Part shown: positions 63,508 through 64,000 of the stretch, piece by piece
Numbering within the stretch: the first letter of the stretch is position 1
Layout of the letters: each line of letters starts with the position of its first letter
NCBI GenBank assembly: GCA_051294905.1
Contig: CM119379.1
Location: forward strand, 19,530,001 to 19,594,000
Direction of reading: 5' to 3'
DNA: 64,000 bases
From: Botryllus schlosseri
Taxonomy: Eukaryota
Notes under the pieces: generated by a model
What the model saw: only the letters and a program-made list of their open reading frames with translations
Databases searched by the model: none
What the model was told of the DNA's origin: nothing
Program-made: the position numbers and the translations under genes

Positions 63508-64000
63508 GTCGGATCGCACCTCACCTTTTCGATCCAAATGCCGGATGAGATGATCGACAGCAGCCGGCGCCGCAATGAGCAGATGTGCGTCCGGGGTTGC
63601 CCGCGCCGACAGCGAATCCCTCTCACTCAAGAGATCAAGCGACTAACGAGCGGCCCCGGCGAAAGCGCGGCCAAGAAATACACGGAGCCAGAAGCGCGGC
63701 GGAAATGCCGCGACGTGCTGCTTAACAGTTCGCAAGAAATCGCGCCGGTGCGCGCGAAACGCGGCGCCGGAAAATACGCGCGGCGGAACCGCCAGAAAAA
63801 AGACGCGGAGCTGAGCGCGTCCGCAAAAAGCTGGGGGCTGCTGCACCCGGATTCTACGGGCGGGGCGGCGCGCGCGCGGGGGTCTACGCGATCGAAACGC
63901 ACGCGCGGCCGACAGCACAGGCTCAACTCGAAAAAGAGAGAGTTTGACTTAAATTTCGCGCCCGGCGCGGCGCGCGTTACTTCAGTGACGCGAGGCGCAA
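63508..64000 (+). CDS. RGM: RGM exon 4 (partial; frame stays open to the window end)
   Basis: acacag acceptor; VGSHLTFSIQMPDEM...MCVRGCP...EARRKCRDVL matches RGM VGRYLTFAVRMPEE...LCLRGCP...AVAKCKEKL; hand translation shows no stop to 64000. Confidence 0.9.

Noticed and set aside
1-64000. CRISPR arrays, rRNA, spliceosomal or SL RNA genes, and well-known conserved miRNAs
   Set aside because: Eukaryotic context; no regularly spaced repeat-spacer array; only short seed-length coincidences without hairpins in a by-eye scan.

Overview
Intron-containing, AT-rich animal genomic DNA. Protein divergence, short introns (66-78 nt) and the repeat landscape fit an invertebrate chordate such as an ascidian; the taxon is an inference. 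Three protein-coding genes can be assembled exon by exon with phase-consistent GT-AG junctions. (1) The 5' end of CEP290 (minus strand, 3 coding exons, running off the left edge). (2) A TRIM2/3-like B-box/coiled-coil/filamin/NHL gene (minus strand, 7 coding exons, 6724-14352, about 830 aa, no RING domain visible). (3) A repulsive guidance molecule (RGM) gene (plus strand, 4 exons from 54423, running off the right edge) whose last exon carries an unusual long Arg/Lys-rich segment with several furin-type sites. About 40 kb between the divergent TRIM and RGM genes has no recognisable host gene. Transposons are abundant: at least seven hAT-type insertions with 8-bp TSDs, a 5'-truncated R2-like (RLE) retrotransposon outside rDNA, an L2/CR1-type LINE 3' end, and a tRNA-derived SINE with a Meta-like domain and (CT)n tail. 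No CRISPR array, rRNA gene or intact tRNA gene was seen. I found no clearly new multi-gene system; the best leads are lineage-specific protein architectures and the R2-like element.
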